A stretch of 43,842 nt of DNA from a virus (lineage: Duplodnaviria > Caudoviricetes): positions 1-43,842 of IMG/VR virus record IMGVR_UViG_3300035145_000697. One strand, written 5' to 3'. The notes under the pieces were generated by a model. It was not told the DNA's origin, did no database searches, and was given only the letters and a program-made list of their open reading frames with translations. This document shows, one piece after another, positions 9,079 through 18,025 of this stretch; position 1 is the stretch's first letter; the number at the start of each line of letters is the position of its first letter. A program made the position numbers and the translations under genes.

Positions 9079-10005
9079 ATGTCAAGTTTAAGAGATCTTC
9101 TAGATGTGCCATCACTGGATAACTTACCCGTCCAGACGTATTTGGGTCCAGGAGCACATCAGTATCTATTCAGAGGAAACCACTGTTGGGAGTATGGTTC
9201 GAGTCATAACTATGACTGGAACAGATACAGATGGTGTGTTCCTAATGAATGTATTTGTCGCATCAAATGGGAAATTTGGGGCGGCGGTGGCGGCGGTTCA
9301 GGTACATGCTGCTGCTCTATTGCATGGTCTGGACACTCGGGACAGTATATGTCTTGCACACTATGTGCTGCAGACATGGGTGTCTCTCAATTGGATGGTT
9401 GCTGCTACGATATTTGTGTAGCATCTGGCACCTGTCGTCACCCATCTAGAGGTGGTTTTGACGGATGTAAGTCGTATATCAGTGGTCCTGGTCTAAGTGA
9501 CTTCTGTGCTTGTGGTGGATGTCACGGATTCAACTGCTGTCACTGGGTTGATTCTTACTTCTCTTGTAGAACAAGAAAGAATGAAATCGGTCCTGCATGT
9601 AACAGATGGCAGACTGAACACTATCCTGCTAATGATGGTGAAGCCTATAGAGGGTGTGAACAAAAAGGTAAGTTCTTCTGGGGTAACCTAGATTCCTATA
9701 TTCACTATGACTGCAACCCAGGTTGTGGTAACTGGTGTCATAAGAAAGACTATCACCCAGTTGCTCCTATGTTCGGTGCTAGATATGGTATTCACCATGT
9801 TCTGCGTCGTCCAGAGATGCACTCCTGTGGTAGAAGAGCTACATTGTGGTTGACTGGTAATAACGGTGGTTACTCCAGTTCCTGCCATAGAAACGGTCCT
9901 CCTGGTTCTGGTGGTGTTTCTGCTCAGGTATATGGTGGCGGTTGCTGCTGTTCTTCTGAGGGTGCTCACGGACTCGTTAGAGTCACACTTTTCTGCAAAT
10001 CTTAA
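9079..10005 (+). CDS. Gly/Cys-rich putative fibre-tip/adhesin protein, paralog 1
   Basis: EIWGGGGGGSGTCCCS core, about 31 Cys in 308 aa, C-terminal G-x-VRVT strand typical of glycine-rich fibre domains. Confidence 0.65.
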   Translation: MSSLRDLLDVPSLDNLPVQTYLGPGAHQYLFRGNHCWEYGSSHNYDWNRYRWCVPNECICRIKWEIWGGGGGGSGTCCCSIAWSGHSGQYMSCTLCAADMGVSQLDGCCYDICVASGTCRHPSRGGFDGCKSYISGPGLSDFCACGGCHGFNCCHWVDSYFSCRTRKNEIGPACNRWQTEHYPANDGEAYRGCEQKGKFFWGNLDSYIHYDCNPGCGNWCHKKDYHPVAPMFGARYGIHHVLRRPEMHSCGRRATLWLTGNNGGYSSSCHRNGPPGSGGVSAQVYGGGCCCSSEGAHGLVRVTLFCKS

Positions 10006-10017
10006 TCACGGGGAGTA

Positions 10018-10971
10018 ATGGCAAATCTTAGAAGTTTAATTGGTCGAGAGTACGCAAGCACACTGGATAACACCATTGGTGAAGTCGGTGCTCTCGACAT
10101 GAATAACGAAGGAAGAGTGTTCCTCTTCCGTGGTTATTGTGGTGACGGTAACTGCAATAGCAACTACTGGGAGTATTGTTTGCAGCACTGGTGCGTTCCT
10201 TGTGGTACTACTCAAGTAACTTTCGAGTTATGGGGTGGTGGCGGATCTGGTGGTGGCGGTTGCTGCTGTCAGCAAGGTTTCCCTGGTGGTGCTGGATCTT
10301 ATGTAAGAAAGACTCTGCAATATCCACTAGTACAAGGTGGTTGGTGCTACTCACTTTGCACAGCGCCTCCTACATGCTGCTCACGCTGCTGTTGTGGTAT
10401 TCAGGGTTGTAAGACCTGGGTCCAAGGTTGTAACCTAAGCAACCTTTGTGCAGACGGTGGTCTTCCTGGTAAGACTTGCTGTTATGCATTCTGGAGCAAT
10501 GAGTTTAGATGTAAGGACAAAGTTTCCTTTGATGGTTGTGGTGGATGGAGTCTACATAACTGCTGTGCTTGTGCATACGGTGGAGACTTTATGGCGGGTG
10601 GTAAACCTAGCTGGTTTAGAACTTCCAACTCTTCCAGTAACTGTTGGGCAAAAGCAGGATTCGCAATTCCTTACGGTCTAGTTGCTAACGGTCCAACTTA
10701 TCAGACTGTTAACTATTCTGGTGATGCATGTCACCATGAATACATGATGTGTCGTGGTACTACACCATACGCATTCAATGTTCATTGTGGTGGTAGATCT
10801 GGTATCCCTGGTAAGGGTGGTCCTTCTGCAACTTCTTGTGGTGGCGGTTGCTGCTACGGTAGAGGTGGTGCATCTGGAATGATCAAAATCACATATTGCT
10901 CTTGCTGGATTCACGGTTCTGACCGTAGATCTGATGGCAACCAAGCATGTTCCTGTTTCTTCTACAACTGA
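10018..10971 (+). CDS. Gly/Cys-rich putative fibre-tip/adhesin protein, paralog 2
   Basis: ELWGGGGSGGGGCCCQ, CADGG and GMIKITY motifs; about 36 Cys in 317 aa. Confidence 0.65.
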   Translation: MANLRSLIGREYASTLDNTIGEVGALDMNNEGRVFLFRGYCGDGNCNSNYWEYCLQHWCVPCGTTQVTFELWGGGGSGGGGCCCQQGFPGGAGSYVRKTLQYPLVQGGWCYSLCTAPPTCCSRCCCGIQGCKTWVQGCNLSNLCADGGLPGKTCCYAFWSNEFRCKDKVSFDGCGGWSLHNCCACAYGGDFMAGGKPSWFRTSNSSSNCWAKAGFAIPYGLVANGPTYQTVNYSGDACHHEYMMCRGTTPYAFNVHCGGRSGIPGKGGPSATSCGGGCCYGRGGASGMIKITYCSCWIHGSDRRSDGNQACSCFFYN

Positions 10972-10977
10972 TAAATA
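10970..10977 (+). promoter_or_regulatory. Late promoter GATAAATA
   Basis: NATAAATA followed by a GGAGG RBS before ATG 10998. Confidence 0.65.
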
Positions 10978-10997
10978 CTGGAGGATAATAAAGTACA

Positions 10998-11888
10998 ATG
11001 TCAAACCTTAGAGACCTACTCGGTATTGTATCAGAAGACACCCTAAAGGCAGGGGCGGCACCTGATGATGTAACAAAGATCGCAAGACTTCCATCCGAAG
11101 GATATTGTGTGCAATACATCACTGCATATTGTGGTGCTACATGTCAAGAGTATAATACAAATTACTACTACATGCAGTACCCCAACTGGTGTGCTCCTGA
11201 TGGTGTCTGTGACATCATCTTTGAGATCTGGGGCGGCGGTGGCGGCGGCGGTTCTTCCTGCTGCTGTTCACGAGGCGTTCCCGCTGGATCTGGTGCATAC
11301 GCATACAAGCGTCTAGTCGGTAGTCAATATGCTGGTTGCGCTTATCAGATTGAGGTTGGAGAACCTGGATGTGGTAGAATGGGATGGCAGTGTGGAGATC
11401 CTGGAAACTATACATCGATTACTGGTCCTGGTTTGACTAACTTCTGTGCAGACGGTGGTCCTGCAGGATGCTCTTGCTGCTTCCTCTGCTGCTGTACTGC
11501 TCACTACATCAGTCTATCTAACTGTCCTTATGGTTGCTGTGCTTGCTACTACGGTGCAGACGGCGGTTCTAGAGGAGTCCCTGGATACACATACATGTGG
11601 TGTTATAACAATCACTGCTGGAACAAGCAGATGATTGCTTACCCAGGCGGTCTAGTCAACGGTAAAGGCGGTTGGTTGCCTGGTAACCAATGCGAAGATA
11701 GTGGATGTGGTTATTGCCTAATGCATTGGGCAGTAGACCAGCTACACTGGGGCGGTGGACATAGTGAAACTAACTATGTACCTGGCGTCGGTGGTGCTTC
11801 TGGTTGGACTTGTGGTGGTTGCTGCCATGGTCAGAACGGTAATCCAGGTATGGTTCGCATTAGTTACAAGTACGACGAGAACTTGTAA
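10998..11888 (+). CDS. Gly/Cys-rich putative fibre-tip/adhesin protein, paralog 3
   Basis: EIWGGGGGGGSSCCCS, CADGG and GMVRISY motifs; about 30 Cys in 296 aa. Confidence 0.65.
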   Translation: MSNLRDLLGIVSEDTLKAGAAPDDVTKIARLPSEGYCVQYITAYCGATCQEYNTNYYYMQYPNWCAPDGVCDIIFEIWGGGGGGGSSCCCSRGVPAGSGAYAYKRLVGSQYAGCAYQIEVGEPGCGRMGWQCGDPGNYTSITGPGLTNFCADGGPAGCSCCFLCCCTAHYISLSNCPYGCCACYYGADGGSRGVPGYTYMWCYNNHCWNKQMIAYPGGLVNGKGGWLPGNQCEDSGCGYCLMHWAVDQLHWGGGHSETNYVPGVGGASGWTCGGCCHGQNGNPGMVRISYKYDENL

Positions 11889-11891
11889 TCA

Positions 11892-11899
11892 TATAAATA
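11892..11899 (+). promoter_or_regulatory. Late promoter TATAAATA
   Basis: Exact consensus, intergenic before 11937. Confidence 0.85.
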
Positions 11900-11936
11900 C
11901 ATTCAGCATAGGTCAAAGTCACTTTCCTTATTAGAT

Positions 11937-12749
11937 ATGGCATTCACAAAGACATTTACATACAAACTCCCAGATGACTATCTGGCGCAGACTGATAATC
12001 TCGGGTTGACAGCGGATTGGACCTACGAAGGTCCTAGATTCCTCTTTGTTTTTGTTAGCCGCGAGACTAACAGATGGAACCCATCTCAGTCATGCATTCC
12101 TTTCACTCGCACACCAACTGCGGATGAAACCGAGCAGGCACACGTTCGTGCTGGTAGAGATCAGAGAGCGGTTCTGATTGACATGCAAACTGCTGACGAA
12201 GCAGAAGCAGTAATCGGATCAATTCTGTTTGGTAAGGACACTGGAAAAGCAGGTGGTTATCCTCAGAAAGAGTACAAACTCGATGGAGATGACACTGTAT
12301 ACTACGAGCGTCCTAATCCAACCTCTCCTGATCACACCTATGCCGCTGATGAGATCGAGTACGACGCAGCAACTGAAAAGTTTGTTACTCCACTTCCATG
12401 GTTCAAGCCTTGGATCACTATGGAGCAGCACAAAGCAGCGCGTGACGGTCTTCTTGCAGATGCTCAAGGAAATCTTGATGCAGAAGCAACTGAAAACGGT
12501 GGCAATGGAAACTTGACCGACGAGATGAGAGCAAAACTTCAAGCATTCATCACTGAACTTGAAGGTCTATACACCAAGTTCTCTCCAGAAGACGGTTGGG
12601 GTCCTCACATGATTCCATTCCCAGATGATCCTAGAACTGACTGGATTGATGGTTATGACTATCGTGTTACCGACTATGATGAACTAGTCGCTGCTTCTAC
12701 AGGTCTTCCTAAGGCATCGGTTAAAAAGGCAGAATCTACCGAAGAATGA
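11937..12749 (+). CDS. Putative tail-fibre assembly chaperone
   Basis: Acidic protein. C-terminal AARDGLL...KLQAFITELEGL...IPFPDDP resembles the R..R..LL...Y...LRDl...wP..P pattern of phage tail assembly chaperones. Directly follows the fibre-like genes. Confidence 0.5.
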   Translation: MAFTKTFTYKLPDDYLAQTDNLGLTADWTYEGPRFLFVFVSRETNRWNPSQSCIPFTRTPTADETEQAHVRAGRDQRAVLIDMQTADEAEAVIGSILFGKDTGKAGGYPQKEYKLDGDDTVYYERPNPTSPDHTYAADEIEYDAATEKFVTPLPWFKPWITMEQHKAARDGLLADAQGNLDAEATENGGNGNLTDEMRAKLQAFITELEGLYTKFSPEDGWGPHMIPFPDDPRTDWIDGYDYRVTDYDELVAASTGLPKASVKKAESTEE

Positions 12750-12780
12750 GTTGATAGATAAACAATAATGTGTTAATATG

Positions 12781-12805
12781 AGGGGCGGGAAACCGCCTCT
12801 TTTTT
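12781..12805 (+). terminator. Rho-independent terminator
   Basis: AGGGGCGG-GAAA-CCGCCTCT stem-loop (GNRA loop, one G-U pair) followed by a T-run. Confidence 0.85.
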
Positions 12806-12809
12806 ATTG

Positions 12810-12817
12810 CCTAAATA
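12810..12817 (+). promoter_or_regulatory. Late promoter variant CCTAAATA
   Basis: CTAAATA variant just after the terminator and before the enzyme cluster. The same variant precedes gp17 and gp20. Confidence 0.55.
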
Positions 12818-12866
12818 CTTACGAATTCAAAGAATTCTATATTATTCTGTTTGAAACGACACTATT

Positions 12867-14027
12867 ATGAGACCCAAATCATTTTTCATTAATGGTGGAG
12901 CAGGACGTGTAATTTGCTCCATCCCTGCACTTGAAAAATACCAAGAAGAACACCCAGACGAAGATTTTGTTATTGTCTGTGAAGGTGGAACGGATTTTTT
13001 CAAAGGTCACCCTACACTTTACGATAAAGTGTTTGACCATTGGCACAAAGGATTGTTCCAAGACAAAATTAAACACACAGACATTCAGACTCCCGAACCA
13101 TATAGAGTTTGGGAATACTATAACCAGAAATGCAACCTGTCTCAAGCATTTGACATTTGCATCAATGGAAAAGGAATTAGAGAACTACAGCGTCCTAAGA
13201 TCAAACTCTCTCGTGAAGAAGAGATTGCTGGACTGTTTATTGTAGAAGAAGTTCGTCAACGCACTAATAAAAAGAAGACTGTTGTCTTCCAACCGTTCGG
13301 TCGTGGTGTAACTACTGCTGGTAATATTATCGCTGATAATTCTGGTAGGAGTTTTGAGTACAGTAACACTATCAACATCATCAAAAAACTTCAGAAAAAG
13401 TATTCTGTTGTTTTGATCTCTGAGATTGAGATTGATTTTGAGAAGGAAGGTTTTACTGAAACTGTCTCGCATCCTAAGCAGATGCCTCTGAGAAATCTTG
13501 CTGGTGCTATCAAAGCAGCAGACTTGTTCCTCGGATGTGATAGTGTCGGACAACACATTGCATATGCATTCGACACACCTTCTATCGTCGTTGTCGGATC
13601 CACCTTTGGTGAGAACATTAGTTATCCTGACTATGAGAAATTCTCTGTCATGGATATGGGTGGTGATCTCCGTGTTTATGATCCGATTCGTATTTCTATT
13701 GATGAGTATACGAGTCGCAACAATGATCGTATCATGGCGATGAATGACAAAGTTGAGAATGCTATTCTCAAAGAGGTTGATGTATACATGAATAAGTATT
13801 ACAAGAAACCTACCTTTGAGGTAAAACTACCACAGGAAATGATGCAACCTCTTGGACCATCTCCAGAACAAATGGAAGAGATGAAAAAGAGTATGCCTAC
13901 TCCATCCTTTAGTGGTAACGGAAAGAAATCCAACAACCCAAACCTAATTCCTGCACTGATGAGTGAGGCAGGAGTTACACCAGATCCACTGAAGAGTGTT
14001 ACTGGTTTTAAATCATCTAAGAAGTGA
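12867..14027 (+). CDS. GT9-like glycosyltransferase (heptosyltransferase-like, GT-B fold)
   Basis: N-terminal GGAGRVICSIPAL (cf. GxGD...P.l) and C-terminal IKAADLFLGCDSVGQHIAYAFDTPSIVVVGST (GT9 DSG..H.A.A...P motif). Confidence 0.75.
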   Translation: MRPKSFFINGGAGRVICSIPALEKYQEEHPDEDFVIVCEGGTDFFKGHPTLYDKVFDHWHKGLFQDKIKHTDIQTPEPYRVWEYYNQKCNLSQAFDICINGKGIRELQRPKIKLSREEEIAGLFIVEEVRQRTNKKKTVVFQPFGRGVTTAGNIIADNSGRSFEYSNTINIIKKLQKKYSVVLISEIEIDFEKEGFTETVSHPKQMPLRNLAGAIKAADLFLGCDSVGQHIAYAFDTPSIVVVGSTFGENISYPDYEKFSVMDMGGDLRVYDPIRISIDEYTSRNNDRIMAMNDKVENAILKEVDVYMNKYYKKPTFEVKLPQEMMQPLGPSPEQMEEMKKSMPTPSFSGNGKKSNNPNLIPALMSEAGVTPDPLKSVTGFKSSKK

Positions 14028-14038
14028 GGTATTAAAAA

Positions 14039-15733
14039 ATGATTATTCTTGCAGTTGCTCGTGGTCATAATGGCAGCACGACACTCATGGTTGATGGTGA
14101 GATTGTTTTTTACTTAGAAGAAGAACGCCTATCTCGCTTCAAATATGATGGTGCCCCTTTGATGGGTATGCTCAAAGCATTTGAGTATGTTGACCATATT
14201 GATCACCTAGTTGTATGTCACACCCACCGTGACGGTCCTCAGCTTGATTGGACAGGTGAGGACATGTATGAGGGTCTAATTCGTAAGATCGCTCGTAAGC
14301 GTTTTGAATTTAAGACGCATTTCATCGATACTACACACCACGAAATGCACGCTGCATGTGGTTTCTATAACTCTGGTTTTGAAACTGCTGCATGTGTCAT
14401 TGCTGATGGTGCTGGTAGTTTCCTCAGGATGGAAGCAGTTCCTGATACTCTGTATGAGTTTGAGACTATTTTCCAAGCATCATATCCTGATGACTTTGAT
14501 ACAGTCTGGAAGCACATCGGAACCAAAGCTGCTATTGGATTCCATGAACCAGAACCTAATCACTATGTGACTGAGTATCCTGGTCATACTAAGATGTATG
14601 AAGCAGTAACTCAATACTGTGGGTTCCCTGCTATTGAAGCAGGTAAACTTATGGGTCTTGCTCCATACGGTAAACCAAATGACGAACTGCCTTCCTTCTT
14701 TAAGGATGGTTGGGGTAACCGTGACTTGATTGTTCCTACATATCCAAATGCTGCAGCAATCAATGTTGAGCGTTTCCCTATCCTCAAGCAAGATTCCCGT
14801 GAGCATATTCGTGGAGAAGCAATCCCACAATATACTGACATTCAGAAAGACATCGCATATAAGATTCAGGAAGAAACTTCCGATCGTATGTGTGACTTGA
14901 TCGAGAAAGCAGTTGAAATCACTGGTGAGAAAAACATTGTTGTGTGTGGTGGATATGGTCTGAACTGTGTTGCCAACTACAAGTATTGGCAGCGTTTCCC
15001 TGACCTGAATATCTATTGCGAACCTATCTCTCATGATGGTGGTACATCTATTGGTGGCGCAAAGTATATCTACCATCAGGTAACTGAGAACGAGAAACCA
15101 GAACCACAAGCATCTGTTTACTATGGTCCTCAGTATGATGTTGATACATACGAATCTGATCTAGCAGGTCTTGATGTTACTGATGCATCCTATGAGTCTG
15201 TAGCACAATTGATTCGTGATGGTAATATCGTCACCATTTATCAAGGTCGCTCTGAGGGTGGTCCTCGTGCTCTTGGTAACCGTTCTATCTTGTTTGATCC
15301 TACGATTCAAGATGGCAAAGATCATGTCAATGCAGTCAAGCGTCGTGAATGGTTCCGTCCTTTCGCTTGCTCTATCAAGAAAGACAAAGTACATGATTGG
15401 TTTGATCTAGCAGGTCGCGAAGAGACACCTCATATGATGTATGCAGTCAAGTGTCATGATGGTGTGGAAGAGAAGATTCCTTCTGTCATCCATGTTGACA
15501 ACACTTGTAGAATCCAGACCGTTACACCAGAGCAGAATGAACACTACTACAATCTCATTGATGCATTCGATAAGATTGCGGATGTCCCTATTTTGTTTAA
15601 CACTTCTTTTAATTTGGGTGGAGACCCGCTGGTCGAGACAATCTCAGATGCAATCGACACTCTGAGTCGTAGTCAGATCGAGTATATGTATCTTCCTGAA
15701 ATTCAGAAGTTGGTGAAAGTTCCTAATGAGTGA
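14039..15733 (+). CDS. Carbamoyltransferase, NodU/CmcH family (copy 1)
   Basis: EEERLSRFK, HHEMHAACGFY, DGAG, GKLMGLAPYG, GGYGLNCVAN, EGGPRALGNRSIL, KRREWFRPFA, HVDNTCRIQT, NTSFNLGGDP motifs. Confidence 0.93.
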   Translation: MIILAVARGHNGSTTLMVDGEIVFYLEEERLSRFKYDGAPLMGMLKAFEYVDHIDHLVVCHTHRDGPQLDWTGEDMYEGLIRKIARKRFEFKTHFIDTTHHEMHAACGFYNSGFETAACVIADGAGSFLRMEAVPDTLYEFETIFQASYPDDFDTVWKHIGTKAAIGFHEPEPNHYVTEYPGHTKMYEAVTQYCGFPAIEAGKLMGLAPYGKPNDELPSFFKDGWGNRDLIVPTYPNAAAINVERFPILKQDSREHIRGEAIPQYTDIQKDIAYKIQEETSDRMCDLIEKAVEITGEKNIVVCGGYGLNCVANYKYWQRFPDLNIYCEPISHDGGTSIGGAKYIYHQVTENEKPEPQASVYYGPQYDVDTYESDLAGLDVTDASYESVAQLIRDGNIVTIYQGRSEGGPRALGNRSILFDPTIQDGKDHVNAVKRREWFRPFACSIKKDKVHDWFDLAGREETPHMMYAVKCHDGVEEKIPSVIHVDNTCRIQTVTPEQNEHYYNLIDAFDKIADVPILFNTSFNLGGDPLVETISDAIDTLSRSQIEYMYLPEIQKLVKVPNE

Positions 15734-16367
15734 TCACTTTGAAGATATCGTGGAGATTGATAATTTTATCTCTCCACGGTATGCCGAGCACTTAAAACAA
15801 ACGGTGATGGATGCAAAATTTCCTTGGTATTTTAACCGAGACATCACATCACCACTGTGGTTCTGGCAACAGAATCATTTGAACGACTCCACCCTTGAGG
15901 TGGAGGAGTCTTCCTTCACTGGGTTCATGCACATCCTTTGGGGTAGAGAGGGAAAAGAATCGGATTTTTATGATATCTTCGTTCCCCTTCTATATTCAAT
16001 GGAAGAAAAAATCAATATGACCATCGCGGAACTTGTTCAATTAAGATTGGGTCTCTTTACATTGAACACGAACCGTCAACCATATCATGTTCCACATGTG
16101 GATTATCAAGATGATGGGTTGAAATACACGGCAATCTATTATCTAAATGATAGTGATGGTGATACTTATTTCTTTAATGAATTTCTAGATCCAAATATCA
16201 AGAGATTTATTAATGGGTATGATCCCAGTCTCTTTACTGTTGCAAAATCAGTCAAACCTAAACAGGGGAAACTGGTATTGTTTGATGGTAGAAGATATCA
16301 TGCAAGCTCTTATCCAGAGAGCACTCCCGAACGAATGGTTTTGAATATTAATTTTGCTCCTGTATAA
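15726..16367 (+). CDS. 2OG-Fe(II) oxygenase superfamily protein
   Basis: PHVD...AIYYLNDSDGDT...PKQGKLVLFDG..YH...R motif set (HxD...H triad). Confidence 0.85.
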   Translation: MSDHFEDIVEIDNFISPRYAEHLKQTVMDAKFPWYFNRDITSPLWFWQQNHLNDSTLEVEESSFTGFMHILWGREGKESDFYDIFVPLLYSMEEKINMTIAELVQLRLGLFTLNTNRQPYHVPHVDYQDDGLKYTAIYYLNDSDGDTYFFNEFLDPNIKRFINGYDPSLFTVAKSVKPKQGKLVLFDGRRYHASSYPESTPERMVLNINFAPV

Positions 16368-16369
16368 TT

Positions 16370-18025
16370 ATGGCGTGGATACTTGGTGTAAATCGATCTC
16401 ATGATGGTGGTATTACTTTATTGAAAGACAATAAAGTTGTTCTTTCAATCCAAGAGGAGAGACTTACTCATATCAAATATGATAATGAGTGTTTCTATTC
16501 TTTGGATAAAGTTGCAGAGTACACAAAAGTAATCGATGTCTGTGTGTATACACATCTGTATAATCGCAGAAATGATTTTGGACCATATTTTAAATATATC
16601 AAACGCAAACTTGGACTGCATGTCAAGAATTATCTTGAAGCGAAGGACTACCATCACTCCCTCCATGCAGCATGTGCATACTTTCATTCTCCTTTTGAAG
16701 ATGCAACTGTTCTAGTAATCGATGGAGCAGGTGCTGACCATGAATATGGTAAGGAGAATGAGAGTATCATTCATATTCCTGGTAGCGCAGCAAACGCAGA
16801 GTGTTTATATCAGAGTGTTGTTGGATATGTTGGTTCTAAGTTAAAGGCGGATGCACCATCATATGTTGATCCAGAACCTCGCATTGGTGCGGGATATGTT
16901 TACTCAGGTATTACAAAGTATCTTGGATGGGATGGTCTTGAGTGTGGTAAAACCATGGGACTTTCTTCATATGGAAAACCAAATCCAAAGATTAAATCTA
17001 TCCTAGATGAAGGTGGTGGCAGATACCAAGAGTTTGGACTGGCAGATTTTAACAATCACAAAGAAGTGATGGTGGTAGTCCGTCCATATGAATACATTTG
17101 TTCTGCTAGAGATGAGAAAGAAAAGTTTCAAAGAGATGCTGATCTAGCATATAAACTTCAGTCTGAGTTTGAAGATTATGTCTACATGAGAATTATGCAG
17201 GCATATCAATTATCGAATTGTCCTAATATTATTTTCACTGGTGGTTGTGCATTAAACTGTGTTGCCAATTATAGAATTAAGAAACGATTGCCACCAGAAA
17301 TTAATCTATATGTTGAACCAATTTCCAGTGATTCTGGTATTTCTCTTGGTGCTGCATATATTGGTTACAATAAAGAGATGCCAATGCGTTTTGCTAAGAA
17401 ACCATTGATGCCTATTGATAATATTTACTTTGGTCAACAACTTAAATACGAAGAAAAGTATGAGAATGAGAGACCAGCAACTCCATCTGATGTTGCAAAG
17501 TTAATTGCTGATGGAAACATTGTCGCTATGGCACAAGGTAGATCTGAAAATGGTCCCCGTGCTCTAGGAAATCGTTCCATTCTTTATGATCCTCGTGATC
17601 CTAATGGTAAAGATAAAGTAAACACTGTCAAGAAACGAGAAAATTGGAGACCATTTGCTGGCACGGTCATGCTAGAATATGCACATGAGTGGTTTGATAT
17701 GGCTGGTTTGCCAGAGTCTCCATACATGATGTATGCTATGGAAGTTCTCAGACCAGATGAAATTCCATGTATTACTCATGTAGATAATACCTGTAGGATT
17801 CAGACTCTTACAGAAAAGCAGAATCCAAACTACTATAAATTAATCAGTGAGTTTAATAATCTCACTGGGGTTCCTATTTTATTCAACACATCTTTCAATC
17901 TTGCTGGTGATACTATTGTAGAAACTATGGAAGATGCTTTCAATACTATGAATGAAAGTTTGATTGAATATCTATATCTACCTGAAGAAAACAAATTATT
18001 ATATTTCCCCAATGAAACTAACTGA
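16370..18025 (+). CDS. Carbamoyltransferase, NodU/CmcH family (copy 2)
   Basis: HDGG, QEERL, HHSLHAACA, DGAG, GKTMGLSSYG, GGCALNCVAN, ENGPRALGNRSIL, RPFA, NTSFNLAG motifs. Confidence 0.93.
   Translation: MAWILGVNRSHDGGITLLKDNKVVLSIQEERLTHIKYDNECFYSLDKVAEYTKVIDVCVYTHLYNRRNDFGPYFKYIKRKLGLHVKNYLEAKDYHHSLHAACAYFHSPFEDATVLVIDGAGADHEYGKENESIIHIPGSAANAECLYQSVVGYVGSKLKADAPSYVDPEPRIGAGYVYSGITKYLGWDGLECGKTMGLSSYGKPNPKIKSILDEGGGRYQEFGLADFNNHKEVMVVVRPYEYICSARDEKEKFQRDADLAYKLQSEFEDYVYMRIMQAYQLSNCPNIIFTGGCALNCVANYRIKKRLPPEINLYVEPISSDSGISLGAAYIGYNKEMPMRFAKKPLMPIDNIYFGQQLKYEEKYENERPATPSDVAKLIADGNIVAMAQGRSENGPRALGNRSILYDPRDPNGKDKVNTVKKRENWRPFAGTVMLEYAHEWFDMAGLPESPYMMYAMEVLRPDEIPCITHVDNTCRIQTLTEKQNPNYYKLISEFNNLTGVPILFNTSFNLAGDTIVETMEDAFNTMNESLIEYLYLPEENKLLYFPNETN

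Noticed and set aside
9079-11888. Cys-rich ORFs as RiPP precursors or metallothioneins
   Set aside because: They are ~300 aa with fibre-type glycine motifs and late promoters; no peptidase, cyclase or transporter is nearby.
1-12749. Diversity-generating retroelement or CRISPR array
   Set aside because: No reverse transcriptase, no adenine-specific TR/VR pair and no regularly spaced repeats were seen. The repeats are coding.
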